From Octopus vulgaris (lineage: Eukaryota): a stretch of DNA of 64,000 nucleotides. This document shows, in pieces, positions 1 through 12,614 of the stretch; the stretch's first letter is position 1, and each line of letters begins with the position of its first letter. Where the stretch lies: positions 39,618,001-39,682,000 of the forward strand of contig OX597831.1 of NCBI GenBank assembly GCA_951406725.2, in the 5' to 3' direction. The notes below the pieces were generated by a model. That model did no database searches. It was given only the letters and a program-made list of their open reading frames with translations, and was not told the DNA's origin. Both the position numbers and the translations under genes were made by a program.

Positions 1-340
1 CTGGTGTTGGTTAATTTACGGCCCCGTAACTTAGCGGTGACCGATTGAATAAGTACCAGACTTTAAAAAAAAAACAACAACAACAACAACAACAAAAAGA
101 AACAATAACTACTGCGTTTGATTCGTACGACGAAAACCCTTCAAGGCGGTGCTCCTGCATAGCCGCAGTCTAATGACTAAGACAGGTAAAAGATTAAAAG
201 ATAAGATACAACAGGTGAGAAAGAAAAAGGAAAAGATAGCAAAGAATTTAGTTAAATAAAGCTTATATATTCCCATAAAGGTATTCTCACCATTAGCTCT
301 CGCATATATCTATATCCATATCTCTCTGCCTGTCTGTCTA

Positions 341-422
<82 letters not shown>

Positions 423-496
423 TCTTGTCCCAGTTTGTATATTTTTTTACTTTTACATATATATTTTTTTTTTCTCTCTTTTTTTTCTCTTTTTTT

Positions 497-882
497 CTAT
501 TGTTTCAGTCATTTGACTGCGGCCATACTGGAGCACTGCCTTTAGTCGACCAACTCGACCCCGGAACTTATTCTTTGTAAGCCCAGTACTTATTCTATCG
601 GTCTCTTTTGCCGAACCGCTAGGTTACGGGGACATAAACACACCAACATCGGTTGTCAAGCAATGCTAGAGGGACAAACACAGACACACACACACATATA
701 TATATATATACATATATACGACGGGTTTCCTTCAGTTTCCGTCTACCAAATCCACTCACAAGGCTTTGGTCGGCCCGAGGCTATAGCAGAAGACACTTGC
801 CCATGGTGCCACGCAGTGGGACTGAACCCAGAACCATGCGGTTGGTAAACAAGCTACTTACCACACAGCCACTCCTGCGCCT
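497..882 (-). mobile_element. tRNA-derived SINE, family A (full length)
   Basis: Head GGCGCAGGAGTGGCTGTGTGG (A box)...GGGTTCAGTCCC (B box), internal (TA)/(TG) spacer, tail ...GCAGTCAAATGACTGAAACAA. About 20 copies or fragments in the window. Confidence 0.9.
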
Positions 883-1242
883 ATATATATATCTGTGTGT
901 GAGAGAGTGTCTTTGTGTTTGTCTCCCCACACCCTCCACCACCGCTTGACAACCTGTGTTGGTGTGTTTACGTCCCTGTAATGTAGCTGTTCGGTGAATG
1001 ACACCGACGGAAAAATACCAGGCTTTCAAAAAACAAAAGCAGAAATTAAAACTCGAGTTAATTTGCTCGACTAAAATTCAAAGCGGTGTTACAGCATGGC
1101 CGCAGTCTAATGACAGAAACAAATTCTATATATACATATATATAAACATACATACATATATATCCTTGTATACACACACACACATATATATTTACTTATA
1201 TATTTACCCTGTAGATAGATATAAAGGGAAATAGAGACAGGC

Positions 1243-1317
<75 letters not shown>

Positions 1318-1340
1318 GATAGATAGATAGATAGATAGAC

Positions 1341-1402
<62 letters not shown>

Positions 1403-1422
1403 GGAAATAGAGAGAGACAGGC

Positions 1423-1481
<59 letters not shown>
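1243..1481. repeat. (TAGA)n microsatellite
   Basis: Direct reading. Confidence 0.98.
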
Positions 1482-1483
<2 letters not shown>

Positions 1484-1643
1484 TTACATATAAATTATGA
1501 TGGATAGATTGATGTTCCGCTCCGCCCATATTTTACTCTTCCTGCCACCACCATCACCATCATCACTTATACCACCGCTACCATCATCAATACATGTCCT
1601 CATCCTCACACTCACACGTGCGCTCACTCTGCCTTACTCATAC

Positions 1644-1704
1644 CTCGGCAACACGACGATGTTAACGTTACGAAGCGACAACAAAAACTCTGGCTGTACA
1701 TCAT
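1644..1704 (-). CDS. Candidate first coding exon (MMYSQSFCCRFVTLTSSCCR...) of an unidentified minus-strand gene; full exon 1772-1644
   Basis: Minus strand reads ttttgcttgcag| (exon start 1772), aaacATGATG at 1704, then CCGAG|GTATGAGTAAGG donor at 1643. Unique CpG-rich sequence between microsatellites. No homology recognised. Confidence 0.4.
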
Positions 1705-2715
1705 GTTTTCTCCAGTCACAGACCGATTCTCGCCGAAGACAAACGGATCTTATATATAAAACGGAACCACAACTGCAAGCAAAAGCTTTAATTACCGGGG
1801 AAAATTTGTTTTGAGGAAACAAAAGCATAAAGAGGAAAACAGAAAAAGATGATCTTCTGTTTCGCATTAGATTTATTTAACGAAAGAAGAAAAATCCCAC
1901 ACACAACACATAATATAATATAATGCATACATATATATACTATAATATATATGTGTAGTATATATATGAAATAATATATATATATATGAAATAATATATA
2001 TATATATATACTCACACACATACACTTATACACATTTATATACATACACATACACGAATATACATATATATATTTTATACATATATATATATACACACGC
2101 TGATAATTACAGAGTACCCCGCAAAAAAACCCCACATACTCCTGCAAGGAAAAACACCCAGGATTTACTTACGAATCTGTTTTTAATTTAAGTAAGCTAT
2201 CATAAAGATGACAAAATTATTATTATTATTTATACCATTATTATCATTATATAATCATCATTGGAGTTTACAATAATAAACTTTATCATTACAACCCCCA
2301 TTAGAAGTTATAATAATAATAATTATCATTATTATTATTGTTGTTGTTATACACTGGGAAAAAGAAAATATTTGCCGAAATTAACAGCCAAAACAAGCGA
2401 GAAGGAAAAAAGTGAATACAGGAAAAAAAAAAAAAAAAAAAAGAAACAAAGTTTTTTGCGGAATCAAAAGTAAGAAAAGGAAAAAAAAAAAAAAAAAAAA
2501 AAACTTAAGCGATTTTACTTTTTATCAAAGAATTTTATAACAGTTTTTTGTTGCGTAATAAAAAGCAACAAATACTTTTCTTTTTACCTGGGAAACAGAA
2601 TACAAAAAAAAAAAAAAATATTAACGAAGCAAATGACGAAAACGAATGAAAAAGCAGAAAAAGGAAAAAAAATTCTAATTTAATATTTCTATTTTCAGTT
2701 TCGGTGTAAGTTTTA

Positions 2716-2745
2716 TCATTATTATTATTATTATTATTATTATCA

Positions 2746-2837
<92 letters not shown>

Positions 2838-2839
2838 CA

Positions 2840-2892
<53 letters not shown>

Positions 2893-2913
2893 CAATTATT
2901 ATTATTATTATCA

Positions 2914-2954
<41 letters not shown>

Positions 2955-2956
2955 CA

Positions 2957-3000
<44 letters not shown>

Positions 3001-3049
3001 CAATTATTATTATTGTTATTATTATTATCAATTATTATTATTATTATCA

Positions 3050-3081
<32 letters not shown>

Positions 3082-3154
3082 CAATTATTATTATCAATTA
3101 TTATTATTATTATTATTATTATTATCATTATTATTATTATTATTATTATTATCA

Positions 3155-3189
<35 letters not shown>

Positions 3190-3300
3190 CAATTATTATT
3201 ATTATTATTATCTATTATTATTATCAATTATTATTATTATTATTATTATTATCAATTAATATTATTATTGTCAATTATTATTATTATTATTATTATTATT
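2716..3300. repeat. (ATT)n microsatellite with ATCA interruptions
   Basis: Direct reading. Confidence 0.98.
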
Positions 3301-3525
3301 CACCCCAATAACTCCAAGTTCGTTTCTTCGTAACTTTCTGAGAAATGGATGTTTTGTTTTTGCATGAGGTAACAAAGTTGAGACAGCGTGCTTAATCATC
3401 CGAAACCCTTCTCGCCCACCTAATTTTCTTTTTTTCTCATTTTTTTTTATTTTTTGTTCCACACCAAATTCTGATAAAAGCCCAAATCTACACAATCTCA
3501 TCTGTATTTGTAGCAAATTTCAATA

Positions 3526-3901
3526 CTCTTTTACTCATTTACTTGTTTCAGTCATTTGACTGCGGCCATGCTGGAGCACCGCCTTTAGTCGAGTAAATCG
3601 ACTCCAGGACTTATTCTTTGTAAGCCTAGTACTTATTCTATCGGTCTGTTTTGCCGAACCGCTAAGTTACGGGGACGTAAACACAACAGCATCGGTTGTC
3701 AAGCGATGTTGGGGTGGGGGGGACAAACACAGACACACAAACACACACACATATACATATATACGACGGGTTTCAGTTTCTGTTTATCAAATCCACTCAC
3801 AAGGCTTTGGTCGGCTCGAGGCTTTGCTCAAGGAGTCACACAGTGGGACTGAATCCGGAACCATGTGGATGGTAAGCAAGCTACTTACCACACAGCCACT
3901 C
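3526..3901 (-). mobile_element. SINE family A
   Basis: Same head, spacer and tail as 497-882. Confidence 0.85.
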
Positions 3902-4234
3902 AATAATAATAATAATAATAATAATCCTTCTATAGGGGCAAAAGCCTGAATTTTTGGAGGAGGGAGTTTGTCGAATACATCGACAACTACGCGACTGGCA
4001 CTAGTACTTATTTTATCGACCCCCGAAAGGATAAAAGTCAAAGTCGACCTCGGCGGAATCTGAACTCAGAATGTAAAGCCGGAAGATATGCTGCTAAGCA
4101 TTTTGTCCGACCAGTTCGCCGCCTTGTACCAAGCTAAATATTGGTTTCAAATTTCGGCACGGGGCCAGCAATTTTAGGGTCGGTGAGTAAGTCGATTGAT
4201 TACATAGGACCCCAATGTTCATCTGGTTCTTACT

Positions 4235-4473
4235 TCATCGACAACGAAAGAATGTTATTCTTTACTACCCACAAGGGGCTAAACAACGGACAGACAAACG
4301 GATTAAGTCGATTACATCGACCCCAGTGCGTAACTGGCACTTATTTAATCGACCCCGAAAGGATGAAAGGCAAAGTCGACCTCGGCGGAATTTGAACTCA
4401 GAACGTAACAGCAGACGAAATACGGCTACGCATTTCGCCCGGCGTGCTAACGTTTCTGCCTGCTCGCCGCCTT
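4235..4473 (-). mobile_element. tRNA-derived SINE, family B
   Basis: AAGGCGGCGAGC...GAGTTCAAATTCC (B box)...GCCTTTCATCCTTTCGGGGTCGAT core. Other copies at about 3925-4125, 20208-20425, 41180-41350, 48337-48570, 59200-59420 and 60508-60680. Confidence 0.85.
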
Positions 4474-4913
4474 CGACAACGAAAGAATGAAAGGCAAAGT
4501 CGACTTCGGTGGAATTTTGAAACTCAGAACATAAAACCGGAAGAAAATACCGCTAAGCACTTTGTCCGGCGTGCTAACGATTCTGCCAGCTCGCTACCCG
4601 AAACCCAATAATAAGAAAACAAACATTATTGTTAGACTTAATATTAGTATTCAATAACGTTACTCAGAGAGAAATATTATCGAATTTTTACCACCCAATT
4701 CTACCCTCCATCGCTACTAACTTCTTTTGAGAGTTGATAAACCATATGTCTGTACTGAAGGTGCGCGGCCTGGTGGTAAGAGTATTGCGCTCATAATCGC
4801 AAAATCGTAGTTTCGATTCCCAGACCGGGCGGTGCGTTATGTTTTTGAGCAAAACACTTCATTTCACTTCGCTCCAGTCAACTCAGCTGAAAATAAGTAG
4901 CCCTGCAACGAAC

Positions 4914-5665
4914 GAATCCCGGTGAAAAAGTCACAAAAAAAAAATGTCATAGAGAAAAAGTCGCGGGAGAAAAAAAATCACTGGGGTTTTGTCTGGGGGC
5001 GTTTTGTCCGAGGGGATTTTGTCCGGGGGCGTTTTGTCCGGATCCCATAAATTAATTGTAACTTTTTTTGCTAGCCAAAATTGTCTTTATTACTGACTTT
5101 GGATCTTTTCGGTTTGAACGGCAGTTTTTTTAAATAATTTCCACGTAACTAAACACTTTTAAACTTTGTATACTGGTAGAATGTGTTTATAAAACATCTT
5201 TTTCTCTTGGCTTTATTGAGAAAATTCTATAGTTTGTAAGATATTTGTTGTTTTTTCCTTCATTTTCTGCAATTTCAACCAATCAATGACGTCTATTGAG
5301 GTGAAAACATTTTGTGCTGTATGAATATGTCCCTCGTTTAAGAAACAGATTGGGTTTATTTACATTTGTGAAGAAAAAAGAATACCCTTCCCCCCACCCC
5401 TAACCCTAACCCTAACCCTAAAACAGATTGAAATGCAATAGATCGATACTAGGGTCATAATTATAGGTGACAATTTCATATAACACCGCTAGAAAAAACT
5501 CATTCAGTTGTTAAATAGATTGAACCCTAAAATAGATTGAAATGCAATAGATCGATGCTAGGGTCATAATTATGGGTGACAATTTCATGACACCGCTAGA
5601 AAAAACTGCCGTTCAAACCGAAAAGATCCCTGACTTTTTTTCTTGTGACTTTATCACCGGTCACC
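4914..5665. mobile_element. MITE with 8-bp TSD, inserted in a SINE
   Basis: Subterminal IR CCGGTGA(A/T)AAAGTCACAA (4919-4936 / 5643-5660); TSD CAACGAAC (4906-4913, 5666-5673). Confidence 0.8.
5101..5629. mobile_element. MITE with 30-bp TIR and 8-bp TSD, containing (TAACCC)n
   Basis: TIR GGATCTTTTCGGTTTGAACGGCAGTTTTTT; TSD CTGACTTT (5093-5100, 5630-5637); internal duplication of about 80 bp. Confidence 0.9.
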
Positions 5666-5834
5666 CAACGAACTCGCCTCACGTTAAGAGGAAACGTTGT
5701 GAACGTCGTCACTTACACGCCATAGGCCTGCTCGTCTAGCCAAGGGTGGCATCATTCAAAGGCTATAACAATGCAAAGAAGCGCATTGTGACCAGCATGT
5801 GATAGTCAGGTCGATACGGTAATATTCTGGGTGA

Positions 5835-6130
5835 AAGTGCATAGCTCAGTGGTTAGAGCGTCGGGCTTTCAATCATGAGGTTGTGAGTTCGATTCCAGGA
5901 CCGGGGCTGCATGACACTTTATTTCACATTACTCCGGTCTACTCAGCTGTAGAAAGGAATTGTGACGTCACTGGTGCCAAACTATATCAGCCTTTGCCTT
6001 TGCCTTTCCATTGGATAACATCAGTGGCGTGGAGAGGGGAGGCTGGTATGCATGAGTGACTGCTGGTTGTGCTTTGGAGGGTATCTTTCTAGGGGCAATC
6101 TCATTGTCATTCATGACCGAAGGAGGGTCT
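5835..6130 (+). mobile_element. tRNA-derived SINE (distinct tail)
   Basis: TAGCTCAGTGGTTAGAGC A box and GAGTTCGATTCC B box, followed by a SINE body. Confidence 0.7.
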
Positions 6131-6199
6131 ATATAATTTCAGTCGATCTCGTTTTAAATTCTGTCTCCTGCCGTATCGAATAATTGTTAACTTATTTTA

Positions 6200-6406
6200 T
6201 TCTTTTAATTGTTTCGGTCATTTGGCTGCGGTCATGCTGGAGCACCGCCTTTTAGTCGAACAAGTCGACCCAAGGACTTATTCTTTGTACAAGCCTAGTA
6301 CTTATTCTGTCGGTACCTTTCGCCGAACCGCTAAGATACGGGGACGTAAACACACCAGCATCGGTTGTCAAAGCGATAGGGTGGGGGAACAAACACATAC
6401 ACACAG

Positions 6407-6446
<40 letters not shown>

Positions 6447-6602
6447 GACGAGCTTTTAGTTTCCGTCTGCCAAATCCACTCACAAGGCTTTACTCGGTCC
6501 GAGGCTATAGAAGACACTTACCCAAGGTGCCACGCAGTGGGGCTGAATCCGGAACCATGTGGTTGGGAAGCAAGCTACCTACCACACAGCCACTCCTGCA
6601 CC
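6200..6602 (-). mobile_element. SINE family A
   Basis: Full head, spacer and tail. Confidence 0.85.
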
Positions 6603-7338
6603 TTTATCGTATATAATTTTTTTAAAATTTCTTGCAATTATCATTATTATAACAGAATCTAAGGAGGTGAGCAAACAGAACTGTTCCGGGTTCAATTTCC
6701 GTCGAGGTCATCTTTGCCTTTCATCCTTTCGGGGGTCGATGAAATAAATAAGCACCTGTCAAGAACCGCGATCGATTAAATTGACGGCGGAGATAAAGAA
6801 TACGCACACCACCCGTTTTCGGCGTAACAAAAACCCTAACCCCTAATTCTAACCTTCGCCAAATCATCAAGTTATCTCTTCCCCTGAAATTGCTGGCCTT
6901 GTGCTCATAGTGAAAATGATTATTATGGCAGTTTCGTTAGAAAAAATGGGGAAAAAATGGGGAAAAAATGCTTTTCAGAATTCAGTATTTCTCCTGGCTC
7001 TTCGCTGTTCTGAGTTCAAATACCGCTGAAGTTACCTGCTTTTCATTCCTCTGAACTCATAAAATAAAGCTCCAGCTCTAAGTACTAAAGTTGAAGGCAT
7101 CGACCAACTCTTCCCCTCGAAAAAGCTGGCCTTGTACGTAAATCAGAAGCTATTCTTCACAAGGTATCGGAAAGATGTTTTGCGATTCGAGTTCAAATCC
7201 CGACCAACTCAACTTTTCCTTTCATGCACCTGAGGTCGATATAATGCTGTACCCAGCGAAGTACTGACCCATCCTCTCAAAACTGCTGGCCATGTTCTTA
7301 AATTGGAAACCATTACTATATTCATTTTTGTATAGTCG

Positions 7339-7390
<52 letters not shown>

Positions 7391-7578
7391 GTCTGTCTAT
7401 CTGTCCATCTATCTATATGTCTGTCTGTCTGTCTATCTGTCCATCTATCTATATGTCTATCTATCTATCTATCTATCTGTCTGTCTATCTGTCCCTCTAT
7501 CTATATGTCTGTCTGTCTATCTGTCCATCTATCTATATGTCTATCTATCTATCTATCTGTCTGTCTGTCTATCTGTCC

Positions 7579-7654
<76 letters not shown>

Positions 7655-7695
7655 GTCTAGCTATCGATCTATCTGTCCAGCTATCTATCTATCTG
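7339..7695. repeat. (TCTA/TCTG)n microsatellite
   Basis: Direct reading. Confidence 0.98.
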
Positions 7696-7909
7696 TCTAC
7701 AAACATATATGTATATATGTGTGCGCGCGCACGTGTATGTGTGTATACGAAGGCGCAGGGGTTAACCAAGTGATTAAGAGATTTGCTCCTTATTCGGGGT
7801 CTCGTGTTCAGTCCCACTGCATGGCATGTTAGCCGTGTTTCTTCCGTGGGCTTGATCAATATTTCATAACTGAAATTTAATCGATAAAAGCTGTGCAACT
7901 GCCTTTAAC

Positions 7910-7941
<32 letters not shown>

Positions 7942-7973
7942 GTATATATACTTCGGTTTGTATGTTTATGTGT

Positions 7974-8034
<61 letters not shown>

Positions 8035-8115
8035 CCCGGGTTGAGTCGGGGTTAACCACAGTAAATAAGGTACTCAATACATGGCAGAGTAAATTAATTT
8101 ATTTTATAGAAGGAG

Positions 8116-8160
8116 CTTCTACAGGACTAGAACTGTTTCATTCAAATGAAATCATCAGGA
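8116..8160 (-). ncRNA. Type I hammerhead ribozyme motif (Penelope pseudo-LTR-like), stem I truncated by an inversion
   Basis: Minus strand: tc-CTGATGA-t-TTCA-tt-TGAA-t-GAAA-CAG-ttctagtc-CTG-TA-GAAG. Intact core, stem II, 4-bp stem III and GUA cleavage triplet. Confidence 0.65.
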
Positions 8161-8199
8161 TTCATTTGAATGAAACAGTTCTAGTCCTGTAGAAGCTCC

Positions 8200-8269
<70 letters not shown>

Positions 8270-9629
8270 TGGAAAATGTGTAAGATCCTAACACATTCAA
8301 GTACAGTCAGGTATATTAGAAAAAAGAAAAAGAATGGCTTCACTGGTAGTTCTAATGAGTTTAATTCATTATTTATTAGTTTTTTAATAATATGGATCTA
8401 TGAATTTAAATTTATATTATTGAAAACTTAAAGAATTATAAATTACACTGATTAGAACTACAGGTGAAGTAATTCTTTTTCTTTTTTCAAATTGAAATTT
8501 CAACCTAATTTTCCCGTTTAATATTTACAATTTTTTTTTCCAATTTTACAGTTTTATATATTATTCTATTATTATAATATTGTAAAAATTGTAAATAATT
8601 AAACGTGAAAATCAGACCAGCCTGGAATTTCATTGACTAATATATTTTTCTATACACCGTCATACTAACTCGTGTATGTATGTATGTATGTATGTATGTA
8701 TGTATGTATGTATGTATGTATGTATGTATGTATGTATGTATGTATGTATGTATGGATGTATGGATGGATGGATGGATGGATGGATGGATGGATGGATGGA
8801 TGGATGGATGGATGGATGGATGGATGGATCTCTTCATATTAAAACACAACTGACTGGCATTCCGTTGGTTGCGAAGTCGACGATTCCAGTTGATGCGATC
8901 TACGTAAATTAACGTGCAAGTGGCTGAGTACTCCACAGACAACGTGACACAGAATGTGACCAGGCTGGGCCCTTTGAAATACAGGTACTACTCATTTTTA
9001 CCAGCTGAGTGGACTGCGGCAACGTGAAATAACACGTTTGGCTCAACGACACCGCGCGCTGCTGGGGATTAGAACTCACAGCCTTGCGATTACTAAGACA
9101 TGTTCGTTCACTTTAAAAATATGACTAGCATTAAGATAAATGATTAATAAACTGCAAGTAATATGATTTTACTAAAAGCTGAAAGCCTTTGAAGATACGG
9201 TTCAGTGATCGAAATCCGTAAGGGCCGTAAGGTACAGGCATGGCGATGTGGATAAGGAGCGCGTTTTGCAACCATGTGGTTTCAGGTTCAGTCCCTCTAT
9301 GCGGCACCTTATGCAAATCTCTTCTACTATAGCCCCAGGCTGATCAATGCCTCGTGAGTGTATTTGGTAGACGGAAACTCAAAGAAACCTGTCTGAATGT
9401 ATGTACTTATGTATACATGTTTGTATGTATGTATGTATGTCATTATTCAGTTTATTTCGAGATTCCTTGTCAATAGAAAAAAGGCCGGTTTCTAGCCTAT
9501 ATCCAAGGCTCCTTGATTGGAATTTCAACATCAACAACAAAGTATGTATGTATGTATGTATGTATGTATGTATGTATGTATGTATGTATGTATGTATGTA
9601 TGTATGTGCATGCATATTTGAATCAGGCA

Positions 9630-10120
9630 TTTCTAGACATGCTCATATATATTTAAATGATAAACTTCTGACAAGTTTTACAGATTTTTACGGTTCCAGT
9701 TTCTGGTTTCGAGAAGCCTAATTTCTCAAGATTGGTATTTAGGCAGGGTGTTATATATCCCACGGCCCCAATAATTACAGGTATAAACCTGAACTTATAA
9801 TCTGGATAGAGTAACTGCAGATTTCTCAATACTTCAGCATAGATGTTCTCTTTTCCATTGATCTTCAGCTTTATGTTAACACCTGCTGGGCAGGTAGTTT
9901 CCACAACTGTACACAGTTTCTCTTCTCTATCCCAAATCATATCAGATCTCTTGTGCTTACATTTTACTGAGGTCTTCACGGGTACATTCCACCAGTATTC
10001 ATTTTTATTACGAGTGGCTATGGGTTCTACCATATTGTGGGTTCTTATTTCTTTGTCCTCTGGATTATCCTTCCGACAGATTTCATTATAGTGTCCTAGC
10101 CATTACATCGCATCTCCTTG
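9630..10120 (-). mobile_element. 3' fragment of a non-LTR retrotransposon with restriction-like endonuclease (R4/Dong-like)
   Basis: YWWNVPVKTSVKCKHKRSDMIWDREEKLCTVVE..CP...NI..K...KENIYAE...IPVIIGAVG resembles the RLE PD..E..P...K..Y motif set. Flanked by (TATG)n on both sides. Confidence 0.75.
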
Positions 10121-10294
10121 GTGTATGTATGTATGTAAAGTTAATCCAAACAAGAAAACACAGAAAAAAACACAGCAACGCGAGGACGTGGAACAATTAA
10201 AGTATTATGTATGTATGTATGTATGTATGTATGTATGTATGTATGTATGTATGTATGTATGTATGTATGTATGTATGTATGTATATGGCATGTG

Positions 10295-10860
10295 TAGGCG
10301 CGTGGCTTAGTGGTTAGGATCTTGCACTCATGATAGCAAGATCGTGGGTTCAATTCCCTGACCGGGCGTTGCGTTATGTTCTTGAGCAAAGCACTTCATT
10401 TCAGTTTGTTCTGCAATCACTTCGTCATTTGACATGTGGCACATAGTACACCTGTACAGGTAATGTCCATTCGATGGATGGAATGAGCTTAAGTCTACAC
10501 AAACATTTGATCACTATAAACAAATCATCTGTGTGTTTGTTCGGTAAGAAACTGCCGAACCCTCATACGTCGCCTACCGACGGGAGAGTCCGTGATACAT
10601 ATGGTCTATTGCTTAGGATATTGCAACTCGCGATTGCTAGGTCGTGTGTTCAATTCTTGGATCGGGTGGTGCGTTGTGTTCTTGAGCAAACCACTTCGCC
10701 TCAAGGTTGCTCTGCGATCATTTACACACCTGACGCATGACACATTTGTGCACCTGTACAGGTAATGTCGGTTTCATGGAAAGAGTGAGCTAATATACAG
10801 CACTTACACTGGATCGTTATAAACAAATCATTTGTACTGGTTGTTCTGCAAAAGCTGAAC
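10295..10860 (+). mobile_element. Two tandem tRNA-derived SINEs (family D/F head)
   Basis: GGCGCGTGGCTTAGTGGTTAGG...GGTTCAATTCC...CTTGAGCAAA, repeated in diverged form from about 10600. Confidence 0.7.
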
Positions 10861-10894
10861 TACTCACAGGTGGTCTTCGAGAGGAGATTCCAGC

Positions 10895-10943
<49 letters not shown>

Positions 10944-11231
10944 ATCCAAACAAGAAAACACACAAAAAAAACACAGCAACGCAAGGACGAGACTTCCAAA
11001 TAGGAAAGCGTTGTGCTAGAAAGAGCAGTAGAAATCTCAAAAACCACAAAAAGGGATAAATTCTCGAAAGGAATGAAAACGTTTACCATCTCAACTAATA
11101 ATATATAGTCTAATGACTAATTGGGTTTTTTTTTGTGCTAGGCCATTGGTAATAATAATTCATTATTACCCTATTTTATTATGTTTATATATATATATAT
11201 GTGTGTGTGTATGTGTATGTATGTATGTATG

Positions 11232-11278
<47 letters not shown>

Positions 11279-11397
11279 TCTTTTTTCTGCGTTTACTTGT
11301 CCTGTTTTCCATTTTTTCTCGTTATTTACGTATTTAACTCGTTTATGTTACGTATTTCATGATATTTGCACCGTTGGTGACGTCTTGTACCCATATA

Positions 11398-11450
<53 letters not shown>

Positions 11451-11593
11451 CCGTCACTTAGCGGTTCGGCAAAAGAGACCGATAGAATAAGTACTGGGCT
11501 TACAAAGAATAAGTCCCGGGGTCGATCTGCTCGACTATAGGCGGTGTTCCAACATGGCCGCAGTCAAATGACTGAAACAAGTAAAAGAGAGAA

Positions 11594-11638
<45 letters not shown>

Positions 11639-11671
11639 TATATTTATACGTATATGTACATACATCTATAC

Positions 11672-11740
<69 letters not shown>

Positions 11741-11957
11741 TGCATATGTGGGCACAAGACGTCACGAAACGTGTACAACAAAAGAAATACGAAGCACGAG
11801 TACATGGAACATGAACTATTCATCCGAACAACAAAAGATGATACGAATGGAAAACAAAATAGAAAAACAAAAGACGAAAACAGGCGTATAAACAACAACC
11901 ACGTGTATTAGTTTGACGTTCGGGAAGGTTTTATTTATATATATATATATATATATG

Positions 11958-12016
11958 ACCAAAGCCTTGTGAGTGGATTTGGTAGACGGAAACTGAAAGA
12001 AGCCCGTCGTATATAC

Positions 12017-12059
<43 letters not shown>

Positions 12060-12280
12060 TGTTTGTGTGTCTGTGTTTGTCCCCCTAGCATTGCTTGGTA
12101 ACCGATGCTGGTGTGTTTATGTCCCCGTTACTTAGCGGTTCGGCAAAAGAGTCCGATAGAATAAGTACTGAGCTTACAAAAGAATAAGTCCCGGGGTCGA
12201 GTTGCTCGACTAAAGGCGGTGCTCCAGCATGGCCGCAGTCAAATGACTGAAACAAATAAAAGAGAGTAAAAGAGAGAAAG
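11958..12280 (+). mobile_element. SINE family A, 5' truncated
   Basis: Body and tail match family A. Confidence 0.8.
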
Positions 12281-12543
12281 AGAGTATATATATCTCCTTG
12301 GATTCGGAACGCGGAGTAGATAAAACAGGGACAACTGATGAAGTGGAGTATTCTTTATGTTGCATGTCTCGTTTCTGTGTTTGTTTTCTTTCGTTGTTCG
12401 AAAAAAAAAAAAATTCGTTTTCTATGTCTCCGTTTCTCATTGTGTTCAACGTTTTTTTGATGTCCTGTACCCATATATGCATGTATATATACATATATAT
12501 GTAGGTATGTACATATATGTATGTATATATGCATATATTTATA

Positions 12544-12610
<67 letters not shown>

Positions 12611-12614
<4 letters not shown>

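Noticed and set aside
653-949. Recurrent peptides such as RLPNPLTRLWSARGYSRRHLP and YQIHSQGFG
   Set aside because: They are translations of the multi-copy SINE A, not a gene family.
1634-1867. 77-aa minus ORF from the track
   Set aside because: It spans a polypyrimidine tract and acceptor; the splice signals favour a different frame starting at 1704.
5398-5420. (TAACCC)n as an interstitial telomere
   Set aside because: Only about 4 units, and internal to a MITE whose other copy has a shorter version.
5835-5910. tRNA-like sequence with A and B boxes
   Set aside because: No proper acceptor stem or terminator; it runs into a SINE body. The same applies to the other SINE heads.
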